Shown here: positions 1 through 9,512 of the stretch, piece after piece
Numbering within the stretch: position 1 is the first letter of the stretch
Layout: every line of letters starts with the position of its first letter
Assembly: GCA_039024635.1 (NCBI GenBank)
Contig: JBCCQA010000001.1
Location: 206,484 to 270,483, forward strand
Reading direction: 5' to 3'
From: Myxococcota bacterium
Lineage (GTDB): Bacteria; Myxococcota; Kuafuiibacteriia; Kuafuiibacteriales; Kuafuiibacteriaceae
DNA length: 64,000 nucleotides
The notes under the pieces: model-generated
The model's database searches: none
Seen by the model: the letters and a program-made list of their open reading frames with translations, nothing else
What the model was told of the DNA's origin: nothing
Program-made: the position numbers and the translations under genes

Positions 1-385
1 CGCGGGCTTCTTTGGCATCTACCCGCCGGGCTTCGTGGCTCAGGTGGTGGCCTTCGCCTTCGGCTTGGCGGCCTCGAGCTTCTTCCCCGCCATCATCTTG
101 GGCATCTTCTACAAGCGGATGAACCGTGAAGGCGCTCTGGCCGGCATGGTCACCGGCATAAGCTTCACGGCCATCTACATCATCTACTTCAAGTTCCTCG
201 GAGGGACTTCGGACCAGTGGCTCTTCGGCATTTCGCCGGAGGGCATCGGAACACTCGGCATGATCATCAACTTCATCGTGGCCCTCGTGGTGTCGAACAT
301 GACGCCGCCGCCGCCCGACGAAGTTCAGCAGATCGTCGAGGACATTCGCGTGCCCAAGGGGGCTGGTGCTGCCAGTGCTCACTAG
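1..385 (+). CDS. C-terminal fragment of a sodium:solute symporter (cation/acetate symporter ActP-like); the gene starts upstream of the window
   Basis: The frame is open from the window edge. Hydrophobic TM segments (VVAFAFGLAASSFFPAIILGIFYKRM...GMVTGISFTAIYIIYF) and a C-terminal tail ending ...GAGAASAH resemble the C-terminus of SSS-family ActP. Confidence 0.55.
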   Translation, partial: AGFFGIYPPGFVAQVVAFAFGLAASSFFPAIILGIFYKRMNREGALAGMVTGISFTAIYIIYFKFLGGTSDQWLFGISPEGIGTLGMIINFIVALVVSNMTPPPPDEVQQIVEDIRVPKGAGAASAH

Positions 386-415
386 AGCGGCGAGATAGAA
401 AAGGGAGAGATAGAG

Positions 416-1765
416 ATGAAGCTACTGAAGCGAGCCGCCTTGGTTGCGGTCATGACTTGTTTTGCCATGCCGGCCTTTGCCCAGGGCTCGGACATCTATG
501 GCAAAGGTATGAGGATCGACCTCGGGGACGACAAAGAGAAGACCAGATACATCCGCTTCATTACCTGGGTTCAGGCCTGGGCGAGAGGGCAAGAGGTAGG
601 TGCGCCTTCACCTGGCGTGGACAACGTCTCTCAGGGTGACATCCTGATCCGCCGCGCCCGACTGCTGACCTACAGCCAGCTCACCAAGGACATCCTGGTG
701 ATGTTTCACGCCGGCATCAACAACATGAACTTCACCAACTTCCGAAATGACGGGAGCAACGGTGACTTCTACGTTCACGATGCTTGGGCCGAGTACACGC
801 CGATTCGAAGCGACATACTCGAGCTCAGCACCGGCATGGGCCTCCACTACTGGAACGGGCCCGTTCGTCAGTCGAGTGCGTCGACCCTCAACTTCCTCAC
901 CCTCGATGCACCCATCAGCAACTGGCCGCTCATCGAGGTTCAGGATCAGTTCGCCCGTCAGCTTGGTTTCTACATCAAAGGCAAGGCCCTCAGTAAGCTC
1001 ATCGACTACCGGATGGCGATCAATCGACCTCTGAACAGTAGCAACGCTCTCGATGGTGTCGGTGCGCCGGGGCCGGGCCAGGCCGCCTTCAACGCTGGCC
1101 AGCCGAGCAACTGGGGCACGCAGGGCTACGTGAACGTCCAGCTGTTCGACAAGGAGTCCAACTTGCTCCCCTACTTCGTGGGCACTTACCTCGGGAAGAA
1201 GCGCGTCTTCAACATCGGTGCCGGCTGGAACCATCAGAAGAACGTCTCCAGCAGCATCAACGTCGACGGCGATACCGACACCCACGATCTCAACATCTTC
1301 GGTGGTGACGTCTTCTTCGATTCGCCCCTCGGGCCTGGTGCCCTCACCCTCTACACCTCGGTGTATTACGCGGACTTCGGTCCCAACATCGTCCGGAACA
1401 TCGGCATCTCCAGCGTCTTCGGGACCGGCTTCCCGACGACCGGTACCGGGCTGGTGGCCGTACTGGAGACGGGCTACGCCTTCTCGGCTGGACCCCTTTC
1501 TCTGACCGAGGAGTCCATGATTCAGCCCTACTACCGAATCCAGCTCGGGGTGTTCGACGCCTTCGACGACGTGAGCCCGGTGGTCGAGGCCGGCTTCAAC
1601 TATTTCCTCCACGGCCACCATGCGAAGTTCACCCTTCACTGGAGAGCCCGACCCGTTCACACGGGATCGGCCACGATCTTTGAGGGCGGCGAGTTCATCA
1701 CTACGGGCGGTAGCTTGGAGGGCTTCCTCAACGAAGTCATCGCGCAGGTGCAGGTGTACCTGTAG
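416..1765 (+). CDS. Secreted outer-membrane beta-barrel protein, possibly a porin
   Basis: The N-terminal signal peptide is MKLLKRAALVAVMTCFAMPAFAQG. The 449-aa product has alternating amphipathic Gly/Tyr/Asn-rich stretches typical of OM beta-barrels. An RBS-like GGAGAGA sits upstream. Confidence 0.45.
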   Translation: MKLLKRAALVAVMTCFAMPAFAQGSDIYGKGMRIDLGDDKEKTRYIRFITWVQAWARGQEVGAPSPGVDNVSQGDILIRRARLLTYSQLTKDILVMFHAGINNMNFTNFRNDGSNGDFYVHDAWAEYTPIRSDILELSTGMGLHYWNGPVRQSSASTLNFLTLDAPISNWPLIEVQDQFARQLGFYIKGKALSKLIDYRMAINRPLNSSNALDGVGAPGPGQAAFNAGQPSNWGTQGYVNVQLFDKESNLLPYFVGTYLGKKRVFNIGAGWNHQKNVSSSINVDGDTDTHDLNIFGGDVFFDSPLGPGALTLYTSVYYADFGPNIVRNIGISSVFGTGFPTTGTGLVAVLETGYAFSAGPLSLTEESMIQPYYRIQLGVFDAFDDVSPVVEAGFNYFLHGHHAKFTLHWRARPVHTGSATIFEGGEFITTGGSLEGFLNEVIAQVQVYL

Positions 1766-2273
1766 CACCTGGAATCGTACTTGAGGGCGGGGTCAGCGCC
1801 TCGCCCTCTGGCACCTTCCAATCGACCAGCAGCTGGTCGATCGCTCGCCAGCCGCCCTTCCACCAAACTTGACGTAGGTTCTTCCGTGTTCGAGCGGGCA
1901 AGGTGCCCATGCCGACGCCGATGGCCACCCAGCGCCCGCCGTAGGGGACCAAGAACAGCAGCACCTCCTCGCCCACTTGATAGTCGTACAGTCCGTCGGC
2001 CCAGGTTCGAAGACCTTCGGCTTCGCCCCCGGCCCGCTGCACGAGGATGGGCCCCCGGTGCTCGCCCTTCAGAATCTGAATAGGCTTTAGGGTAATCTCG
2101 GAGACCACCCCTGAGCGCTCGGCCGGGCGCCAGCTTCGGACCGATGCGACCTGCGCCAAGGCGACGAGGCGGCTGCCGTCGAAGCGCTGTTGAAGGTCCA
2201 GGGGCTGGACGGTGGTCGCCGCTGCAGGGCAGGTGAGAGCCATCGCGAGACAGGAAAAAGACAGGATGCGCAC
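1737..2273 (-). CDS. Hypothetical secreted protein
   Basis: A GTG start gives a signal-peptide-like N-terminus (VRILSFSCLAMALTCPAAA). It is divergent from the 5'-nucleotidase gene and has no recognisable domain. Its 3' end overlaps the convergent porin gene by 29 nt. Confidence 0.3.
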   Translation of the reverse strand: MRILSFSCLAMALTCPAAATTVQPLDLQQRFDGSRLVALAQVASVRSWRPAERSGVVSEITLKPIQILKGEHRGPILVQRAGGEAEGLRTWADGLYDYQVGEEVLLFLVPYGGRWVAIGVGMGTLPARTRKNLRQVWWKGGWRAIDQLLVDWKVPEGEALTPPSSTIPGATGTPAPAR

Positions 2274-2297
2274 GCACCGCCATGATATCCCTTTCTG

Positions 2298-3875
2298 GTG
2301 CGGCGCGCCTTCCCGCTCCTGCTGCTCCTGTCCTGTGCGCACGGCTCCCCCCCGACCGAGGGCACGACCCAGCTGGAACTCCTTTCATTCAACGACTTCC
2401 ACGGACGGCTCTTTTCTGACGCATCGGGCCAAGGCGGGGCGGCCGCCATGGCCGCGGCCATCAAGCGGATGAGAACCGACGCGTCGCTCCTGGTCTCGGC
2501 CGGTGACCTCGTCGGGGCCAGCCCCTTGGTCTCGAGCCATTTCCACGACGAGCCCACCATCCAGGTCATGAACGAAATCGGTCTCGACATGCTCGGGGTG
2601 GGGAACCACGAGTTCGACGAGGGCCTGGCCGAACTCCTTCGGCTGCAGCGAGGTGGGGCGCACCCGAGCCTGGAAGGGACCAAGCGCGGCTTTGGCGGAA
2701 GCCAGTTCCGCTACCTGAGCACCAACACGCTCGACGCCGAGGGTGAACTCGTGTTCGAGCCCTACCACATCGTCGACGTCGACGGTGTCCAGGTCGCTTT
2801 TCTAGCCGCCACCCTCGAGGGCACGAAGGATATCGTCCCGCCGGTTCTGGGCGACGTGGAGTTCCTCGACGAAGCGGACTCCATCACACAGTGGGTCGAC
2901 GTCCTCAAGGAGCGGGGCGTCGAGGCCTTCGTTGTACTCCTCCACGAAGGCGGCTGGCACGAAGGGGGACCAAACGAATGCGACCGCCTTTACGGACCCG
3001 TCGTCGACGTCGTAGACCGGCTTCCTCAGGAGATTGACGTGGTCCTGGCTGCACACACCCAGCAGACCTTCGTGTGTCCTAGAGAGGACCTACTGCTGGC
3101 GAGCGGCGGCGGCTACGGCCGATGGATCACGCGGGTAAAGCTCGAACTCTCGAAGGCGACGGGAGACGTCGTGTCCGCCCGGGCCGAGAACGTTCCGGTT
3201 CTGGCCAAAGACGGCGAAGACCCGCGGGTGGCGGCCATCGTCCAGAGCTACGCCGAGCGGGTCGAACCCATCGCCGCCCGAGGCGTAGGGCTCATTGCCG
3301 CACCCATCCGACGAGATCCCATCCGCACGGGCGAGTCTCCTTTGGGTTCGGTCATCGCCGATGCTCAACGAGCCGCAACCAAGGCCGACCTCGCCTTCAT
3401 GAATCTGGGTGGTATCCGAGACGACCTCGGTTTGGAGAAGGACGCCGTGACTTACGGCGACTTGTTCCGCATTCAACCCTTCGACAACCGTCTCGTGACC
3501 AAAGAGTACACCGGCCGAGAGATCCTTCAGATACTGGAGGCCCAGTGGGGCGGGACCAACGAGCACGGGCTCTTCCAGGTCTCCGAGACCTTGACCTACT
3601 GCTACCGACCCAACGGCATGCCAGGGGCGAAGATCGAGGCCGCCTCGGTCAAGGTGCGGGGACGTCAGCTCGAGCCCGACGCCACCTACGTCGTCGCGCT
3701 CAATTCCTACCTGGCCCAAAAGCCGCCCTTCGACCGTGGTCGGGGAGCGGTGGTGCACGGCAAGGACGTGGATGCCTTGGTCGACTACGTCCGGACGCGC
3801 ACGCCTCTGTCGCCGCCGGCGATTGGCCGCATTTGTCGACAGGACGGGAACACGGCACCGGCCGGCCCAGGCTGA
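2298..3875 (+). CDS. 5'-nucleotidase / metallophosphoesterase family lipoprotein (UshA-like)
   Basis: A GTG start is followed by lipoprotein signal MRRAFPLLLLLSC. The metallophosphatase motifs NDFHGRL and GNHEFDEG and a C-terminal 5'-nucleotidase-like substrate-binding domain are present. Confidence 0.8.
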   Translation: MRRAFPLLLLLSCAHGSPPTEGTTQLELLSFNDFHGRLFSDASGQGGAAAMAAAIKRMRTDASLLVSAGDLVGASPLVSSHFHDEPTIQVMNEIGLDMLGVGNHEFDEGLAELLRLQRGGAHPSLEGTKRGFGGSQFRYLSTNTLDAEGELVFEPYHIVDVDGVQVAFLAATLEGTKDIVPPVLGDVEFLDEADSITQWVDVLKERGVEAFVVLLHEGGWHEGGPNECDRLYGPVVDVVDRLPQEIDVVLAAHTQQTFVCPREDLLLASGGGYGRWITRVKLELSKATGDVVSARAENVPVLAKDGEDPRVAAIVQSYAERVEPIAARGVGLIAAPIRRDPIRTGESPLGSVIADAQRAATKADLAFMNLGGIRDDLGLEKDAVTYGDLFRIQPFDNRLVTKEYTGREILQILEAQWGGTNEHGLFQVSETLTYCYRPNGMPGAKIEAASVKVRGRQLEPDATYVVALNSYLAQKPPFDRGRGAVVHGKDVDALVDYVRTRTPLSPPAIGRICRQDGNTAPAGPG

Positions 3876-3881
3876 GTAGCG

Positions 3882-4703
3882 TCAATCCAGGGGAGCAAAG
3901 AGCTCGAACTCCATGGCCCCGGTGTTGCCACCGCTCGTTTCCACGGCGTCGAAGCGAACCTGTCGACCCAGCGCATCGATTTCGAACTCGTAGCGCTGGT
4001 CAGGGTTCGGGGTCGCAAAGGGGCCGAAGCTCTCTCCGCCGATCTGAAGCTCGAAGGAGCGAATGATGGACGTGCCGTCCGTCATCTGCCGACTTTGAAA
4101 GCCCACGCGCTGAATTCGTCGGGGCTGACCGAGGTCCAGCTCGAAGGCCGCCTCGTCACCATCGAAATGGGTGGACCACGCGCTGCGCATATCGCCGTCC
4201 AGGGCCTTATGGAGCCCGAAGCCGCTGTCCAGGTCCTCGCTGGGGCCAAAGTTGCTGGACACCATGGCCACCGTGGTCCCGTGGTCGCGGCTCGCGACGT
4301 TCACGAGGGTGCCAGGTACGAGAGTCGGGGACGCGTCCTCGGGGCGCGTCCGGAAGCTCAGGGTCTCGGAGAGATAAACGAATCCGCTACGGTCCTCGGC
4401 CCGGGCCCGAACGTAATACTCGGTATCCGGGTCGAGGCCGACCAGAGGAACCTCGTGGTCGAACGCATACGGATTGTCGGGGTCCATGTTCGGGTCGAGG
4501 AAAGTCTGGTCGAGGACTGCAGGGCTCAGTCCCAGCTCGGCTTCGCAGCTCGTCTCGAGGGCGGTCGTGAAACGAAGAAAGGCCCCTCGGTCATCCACTT
4601 CTTCTAGGCGAAGGGGTGAGAACATGTCGCCCTGGAAGGGCTCGGCTTCCTCGCCGCAGCCCGTCAGGAGGACGAAGGGAAGCAGCAGTCTACTGACGTG
4701 CAC
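3882..4703 (-). CDS. Lipoprotein with an FN3-like N-terminal region and a C-terminal F5/8 type C (discoidin)-like domain
   Basis: A lipobox LLTGC is present. The DTEYYVRARAED motif resembles an FN3/PAP N-terminal region. C-terminal motifs (LDGDMRSAWSTHFDGDEAAFELDLGQPRRIQRVGF) are typical of discoidin carbohydrate-binding domains. Confidence 0.5.
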   Translation of the reverse strand: MHVSRLLLPFVLLTGCGEEAEPFQGDMFSPLRLEEVDDRGAFLRFTTALETSCEAELGLSPAVLDQTFLDPNMDPDNPYAFDHEVPLVGLDPDTEYYVRARAEDRSGFVYLSETLSFRTRPEDASPTLVPGTLVNVASRDHGTTVAMVSSNFGPSEDLDSGFGLHKALDGDMRSAWSTHFDGDEAAFELDLGQPRRIQRVGFQSRQMTDGTSIIRSFELQIGGESFGPFATPNPDQRYEFEIDALGRQVRFDAVETSGGNTGAMEFELFAPLD

Positions 4704-4745
4704 ATCGTCAGGCTGCCAGCTGGCGGAGCATTCGCCAAGCGTGAG

Positions 4746-5417
4746 TCAAAGATCGGCGACGTTGACCACCCCCATGGAGTTGGCGGTCCGGTGCCGCAAG
4801 GTCCGGGGCGTGCCGTCCTCGGGCCGAACGATCTGGATCGTGGAAATCCCGAGTGAGGAGGCCGCATCCAGCTCCGCTTCGCTGTCGCTCAGAAAGGTGA
4901 CCTCCCGAGGGCCATAGCCCACCTCGGCTAAGATGCGCCCGTAGCTCTCGGGCTCGATCTTCTTCCCCACCGTAGTGTCGAAGTGATGCTTGAAGAGGTC
5001 GGTCAGGTCGCCGACCTCCGAGTACTTGAACATGAGCTTCTGGGCGGCCACCGAGCCTGAGCTGTAGACTCCCAGCGCCAGTCCTGCGTCGCGCCAAGTC
5101 CGGAGCGCGATCGGAGTGTCGGCGTACATGTGGGCCCGGAGGCTTCCGTCTTCGTAGCCCACCCGCCACACCATCCCTTGGAGGGTCTTGAGGGGCGTGG
5201 CCTTCCGGTCTTCGTCCAGCCACTCAAGGAGCTTGTCGATCGCCTTCTCCACGTCATCGTCGACGAGGGCCAGCTGACTCCGCACCAGGCGCTCGTCTGC
5301 GTGGGCCCGGACGTAGTCGGGCAGGCGCTCCCGGCTGTATGGGAAGAGGGTCTTCTTCACGAAGTCGATGGAGGAGGTGGTGCCCTCGATGTCGACCAGG
5401 ACGAATCGGATGGCCAT
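4746..5417 (-). CDS. mtnC: Enolase-phosphatase E1 (methionine salvage, HAD superfamily)
   Basis: The HAD motif I DIEGTT is at the N-terminus, and the length (223 aa) and overall pattern match MtnC/E1 enolase-phosphatase. Confidence 0.75.
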   Translation of the reverse strand: MAIRFVLVDIEGTTSSIDFVKKTLFPYSRERLPDYVRAHADERLVRSQLALVDDDVEKAIDKLLEWLDEDRKATPLKTLQGMVWRVGYEDGSLRAHMYADTPIALRTWRDAGLALGVYSSGSVAAQKLMFKYSEVGDLTDLFKHHFDTTVGKKIEPESYGRILAEVGYGPREVTFLSDSEAELDAASSLGISTIQIVRPEDGTPRTLRHRTANSMGVVNVADL

Positions 5418-5512
5418 CGTACTCAGCCCTACACCGGGGCGCGCCGGCTCCCAAATGACCGAGAGAAAGCCTGCGGAAAAGCTGGTGCATACCGAGCAGC
5501 CCCCCCTAATGG

Positions 5513-7141
5513 GTGCTACGGTTCCGCCGCATGAGCGCCCTTCTATGTGTCGGCCTCGCTCTCGGAAGCGTCGGCTCCGTGAGCTCCTTCCGGGAGGCTC
5601 TGGATGCGGTTCGAGAAGCAGGCCCTCAACGACGTTCGGCCATCGCCTATCTGAACGCCAAAGGCCGCAAGGGACTGTGGGCGCTCAACGGTGCTGCCAA
5701 GAAGGTGGACGGCCCGGAGCAGGTTCGGCTGGTGGCCGCCATGGGCGAGCTGAGTACCGAGGGGGCCGAGTGGGCGCTCCGCTCGGCTTGGCAAGACGAG
5801 GACCCGGATGCCAAGGAGGGGGCGCTTTTAGGCTTCGGGCGACTGGGTGGGGCCCTGGCCGAAGGCGTGCTCATCGAGGCGCTCCAGGGCGATCCCGTCT
5901 ACTTGCAGGTGGCGGCCGAGGCGGCCGCCCAGCAGGCCGAGCCCATGCGTTCGGCATTGATGGAACTCATCCGCGACCCTGCGGACCGGGCGGCCGGCCT
6001 GACCGTCGCCCTGGTGGCGCGGGACCCGGTCTTGACGTCCACCGGATTGACCCTGGGACTCAACGACCAGCGCCCCCAGGTTCAGGTGCTGGCGATTCGG
6101 CTGGCGGCGCAGGCCAAGCGAAGCGGCAGCGCGGCCTCGGTCGCGGGACTCATCGCCTCGCCCCACCCCGAGGTCGCTCGTGCGGCCGTCGAGGCGACGG
6201 CGGCCTTGGGGGCCCGGGGCAGCCGGGACCGGTTGAGTGAGGTTCTGGCCGGGGGCGACCATGATCCCCAGGTAGAAGACCTCGCTTTCGATGCCTTGCG
6301 AAGAGAGAAGGCCTGGGAAGACCTATTTACGGGTCTGGGGCGCCGGCCCGACGGGCCCCAGTACGTGGCTCGCCGCCTTCGAATGGCCGAGCCGGCCGAG
6401 GGGGAAGCAACGGCTTGGGTCGAGGGCCTCGACCGCACTTCAGTTCGGGAGCGCCGGGTGGCCGAGGGGGCTGTGACCGGCCTCGGGTCCCGAGCTCGTC
6501 CTGCCTTGGTGGCCGCCTTGGGGGCCCCTTCCCCATCCCTTCGGCGCCGGGCCCTGGTCGAACTTCGCCGAGGCGAAGATCCCGAGACCTTAGAGCGAGA
6601 GCTGGAAGCCGCCCTTCGGACCGGCGAAGACGAAGTCAGGGCGGGGGCCGCGGGGGCGCTCATCGCCATCGAGGGTCTTCCCGCGGCTTCCGGTCGACTC
6701 GAGCTGCTCCGCGACGAGTCGGGGCGGGTCCAGCGCGCCGCGGCACGGGCACTGGCTCAGCTCCCGAGTGAATCCATGGACGCCCAGCTTTCGGCAATGG
6801 TCCCTGAGCTCTCGGTCGAGGCCCAGAGCGGCCTGCTGGAGGGCGCTCGGGTCCGCAAGGACCCGGCCTTCGTGGAGCTGCTCGCCCAACGCTTGCTCGT
6901 CTCGGAGGATCCCGGTGTGCGGCGCTTGGCCCTGGAGAGCCTTCACCCGGCCCGGACCGAGCCCACGCTTCGCCAGCTCGTGGACCACGTTCGAACGGCA
7001 CCTCTGGACGAGAAGATCCTCGCCATGGAGGCCATCGGCGCCAGCAGCCTTCCCAGCGCGGGCGACCTTCTGGTCAGCCTCGTCACCGACGTCGACCCTG
7101 AAGTCCGCAAGGCAGCCCTCGCCTACGTCGAACGACTATGA
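5513..7141 (+). CDS. HEAT/PBS-lyase-type alpha-helical repeat protein with an N-terminal signal peptide
   Basis: The product is 542 aa, Ala/Leu/Arg-rich, with repeated ~30-aa helical units (e.g. DPxVRxxAxxALxxLG-like). It has no catalytic motifs. Confidence 0.45.
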   Translation: MLRFRRMSALLCVGLALGSVGSVSSFREALDAVREAGPQRRSAIAYLNAKGRKGLWALNGAAKKVDGPEQVRLVAAMGELSTEGAEWALRSAWQDEDPDAKEGALLGFGRLGGALAEGVLIEALQGDPVYLQVAAEAAAQQAEPMRSALMELIRDPADRAAGLTVALVARDPVLTSTGLTLGLNDQRPQVQVLAIRLAAQAKRSGSAASVAGLIASPHPEVARAAVEATAALGARGSRDRLSEVLAGGDHDPQVEDLAFDALRREKAWEDLFTGLGRRPDGPQYVARRLRMAEPAEGEATAWVEGLDRTSVRERRVAEGAVTGLGSRARPALVAALGAPSPSLRRRALVELRRGEDPETLERELEAALRTGEDEVRAGAAGALIAIEGLPAASGRLELLRDESGRVQRAAARALAQLPSESMDAQLSAMVPELSVEAQSGLLEGARVRKDPAFVELLAQRLLVSEDPGVRRLALESLHPARTEPTLRQLVDHVRTAPLDEKILAMEAIGASSLPSAGDLLVSLVTDVDPEVRKAALAYVERL

Positions 7142-7146
7142 GTCTT

Positions 7147-7409
7147 GGGGCCCCGGTCCCGGGCGAAGCCGGGCCCACCCCTCTACGCTCGCTCCCTCCG
7201 ACAAACGCTTCGCGTTTTCCTACGTCCGCTCACTGCGCGCGCAGAGGACCTCTACGCGGTCCCCTGCGCTTTGCGGGTGTTGGGGGCCCGGTCCCGGCGA
7301 AGCCGGGCCCACCCCTCTACGTTCGCTCCCTCCGACAAACGCTTCGCGTTTTCCTACGTCCGCTCACTGCGCGCGCAGAGGACCTCTACGCGGTCCCCTG
7401 CGCTTTGCG
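7147..7409. repeat. Tandem direct repeat, two copies of ~129 bp (7147-7275 and 7281-7409), about 98% identical and separated by 5 bp; each copy carries a GGCCCGG...CCGGGCC hairpin
   Basis: This was read directly from the sequence. Copy 2 differs by one missing G and one C>T. The repeat lies between the convergent HEAT-repeat and VOC genes and overlaps the VOC stop codon. Confidence 0.85.
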
Positions 7410-7850
7410 GCCCCCAGGATACTGAACGAGTTCGATGAGGACCCCTTCTCCGCCATGGGGTGCGGCGTCGTTGCCCTTGGGGTGGATGAAGCAGACGTCG
7501 TGGCCGGCGGCACCTGTGCGGATGCCGCCGGGGGTGAAGCGGACGCCCTGGGCGCTCAGCCACTCGACTGCCTTCGGGAGGTCGTCGACCCAGAGACCGA
7601 TGTGGTTGAGAGGGGGCTGGTCGACCTGAGGCTTCTTGTTCGGATCCAGCGGCGTCATGAGGTCGATTTCGACCTTGGTGTCACCATCTCCGACTTCGAG
7701 AATCAGCTCTCGGACGTTCTCCGTTTCGCTCTCGTAGCGCGAGGACTCGGGGACCCCCAAGAGATCTACCCAAAGGGAACGAAGTCGGTCGAGGTCGGGG
7801 TGACCAACCGCGACCTGCTGAAGGCCGAGGATTCGAAATGGGCGCGCCAT
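7386..7850 (-). CDS. VOC family protein (glyoxalase / bleomycin-resistance / methylmalonyl-CoA epimerase-like fold)
   Basis: An internal start at [20 protein letters not shown] gives a ~154-aa product. The HxG...E metal-binding pattern ([17 protein letters not shown]) is typical of VOC proteins. The last 8 codons lie inside repeat copy 2. Confidence 0.65.
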   Translation of the reverse strand: MARPFRILGLQQVAVGHPDLDRLRSLWVDLLGVPESSRYESETENVRELILEVGDGDTKVEIDLMTPLDPNKKPQVDQPPLNHIGLWVDDLPKAVEWLSAQGVRFTPGGIRTGAAGHDVCFIHPKGNDAAPHGGEGVLIELVQYPGGRKAQGTA

Positions 7851-7924
7851 CACGTCGAGGATGACGCCCCTCGGACTGCAACGGAAGCTTGTTCCTCCGC
7901 GGGCATTGTGTTTCTCCCCCTGCG

Positions 7925-9442
7925 ATGCAGGCACGTGGCTTCCAGACGGTGGTGGTTGGCGCCGGGACTGCCGGCGCCGTCGTCGCGAGCCGACTCAGTG
8001 AAGACGGGGGCCAAGAGGTCTTGCTCCTCGAGGCAGGGCCGGACTACGGGCCGACCCGAGCCATCCCCAAGGATCTTGCCGATGGGGCTCGGAACTCGCT
8101 TTTCATGCACGACTGGGGACTGAGACACCGACCGACCAAGTCGCATTTCAAGTTTCGGTACCCGCGAGGTCGCGTCATGGGCGGCTCCTCGGCCGTGAAC
8201 ACCTGCATCGCCCTTCGAGGTCGACCCGAAGACTTCGAAGAGTGGGCGAGCTTCGATCTGCCCGAGTGGCGCTGGGAGCACTGCCTGCCCTACTTCAAGA
8301 AGCTGGAGAAGGACCTCGACTTTGACGACGACTTCCACGGAAAGGATGGGCCTCTTCCCATCCGTCGCCATACACCGGACGAACTCGTTCCCTGGCAGGC
8401 GGGTTTCATGGAAGGCTGCGACAAGCTCGGCCAACCGAAATGCCCCGACCACAACCACCCGAGCGACTACGGGTACGGCCCCCACGCGATGAACAAGATC
8501 GAGGGTCGTCGCATCAACGCGGCCGAGGCCTACCTTCCGGCCAGCGTTCGCGCCCGCCCCAACCTTCGCGTCATGGGCGAAGCTCTGGTCCGTCGCATCC
8601 TCTTCAGAGGACGCAAGGTCGTCGGCCTGGAGTTCGAGCGCTTCGGCAAGATCGAAACCGTGTCCACGGACCGCGTGGTGCTGGCCGCCGGCGCCATCGC
8701 GACACCCGGTCTCCTCCTCCGTTCGGGAGTGGGGCCCAAGCGAGAGCTGGAGCGCCTCGGGGTCGAGCCGGTCGCCGACAACAAGGGTGTAGCCAGCCGT
8801 CTGTTCGATCACCCGGGTTCGGCCCTGATGTTCATCGCTCGACCCGGGATCTCGAAGAAAGAGGACCCCCTCATCCAAACCCTGCTGCGCTTCAAGGCCT
8901 CCGTTGGCGCCCCCTGGGACGACATGCAGGTCCAGCCTGCTTCGACCATGCCCCTAAAGTTCATGGCGGGCTATGGACTCGGCATCCTCGTTCCGCTCTG
9001 TAAGCCACGCAGCGTGGGTTCCATTCATTGGACCTCTGCCGACCCCAAGGCGAAGCCCGTGATTCGGTCACGCTTCTTCGATGATCCTGTGGACCTGGAT
9101 CAGATGGTAGAGGGGCTCCAGATGGGTCTGGAGGTCTACCAGGCCTCGTCGATGCGGGACATGGGATCGCCCTTCCTGCCTCGTCGGAGCAGCTGGACGA
9201 AAGAGGGCCTGGCCGAGCACGCCCGTAAGGTGTGCGACTCCGGATATCACCCCTGCGGGACGGTCCCGATGGGTCCGGAGTCTTGGGCGGCCTGCGATTC
9301 CCATGGTCGAGTTCGAGGCGTGGACGGTTTGGTGGTTGCAGACGCCAGCCTGATGCCCACAATCACCAGCAGCAATACCAACGTCACCATCTTCATGATG
9401 GGCGAACGCATCGCCGATTGGATCAAGGCTGGCGAAGCCTGA
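7925..9442 (+). CDS. GMC family FAD-dependent oxidoreductase (choline dehydrogenase-like)
   Basis: An N-terminal Rossmann motif [19 protein letters not shown], a [11 protein letters not shown] signature and a C-terminal HPCGTVPMG active-site region are all present. Confidence 0.8.
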   Translation: MQARGFQTVVVGAGTAGAVVASRLSEDGGQEVLLLEAGPDYGPTRAIPKDLADGARNSLFMHDWGLRHRPTKSHFKFRYPRGRVMGGSSAVNTCIALRGRPEDFEEWASFDLPEWRWEHCLPYFKKLEKDLDFDDDFHGKDGPLPIRRHTPDELVPWQAGFMEGCDKLGQPKCPDHNHPSDYGYGPHAMNKIEGRRINAAEAYLPASVRARPNLRVMGEALVRRILFRGRKVVGLEFERFGKIETVSTDRVVLAAGAIATPGLLLRSGVGPKRELERLGVEPVADNKGVASRLFDHPGSALMFIARPGISKKEDPLIQTLLRFKASVGAPWDDMQVQPASTMPLKFMAGYGLGILVPLCKPRSVGSIHWTSADPKAKPVIRSRFFDDPVDLDQMVEGLQMGLEVYQASSMRDMGSPFLPRRSSWTKEGLAEHARKVCDSGYHPCGTVPMGPESWAACDSHGRVRGVDGLVVADASLMPTITSSNTNVTIFMMGERIADWIKAGEA

Positions 9443-9512
9443 GCTCCGATCATTTAATGACGACGAATCACTGAGGGGCCCACTCTCGGATCCGAACTGC
9501 TAGGCTCGTACG

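Noticed and set aside
608-1768. 386-aa minus-strand ORF antisense to the porin-like gene
   Set aside because: It is a GC-driven antisense frame. The translation is Gly/Val/Glu/Arg-rich with no structure, while the plus-strand product has a clean signal peptide and beta-barrel character.
7147-7409. Possible CRISPR array
   Set aside because: There are only two long (129-bp) direct repeats with a 5-bp spacer. There are no variable spacers and no cas genes, so it is a tandem duplication, not CRISPR.
6768-8123. 451-aa plus ORF spanning the tandem repeat and the VOC gene
   Set aside because: It is Arg/Ser/Pro-rich, spans a non-coding tandem repeat, and is antisense to the VOC gene.
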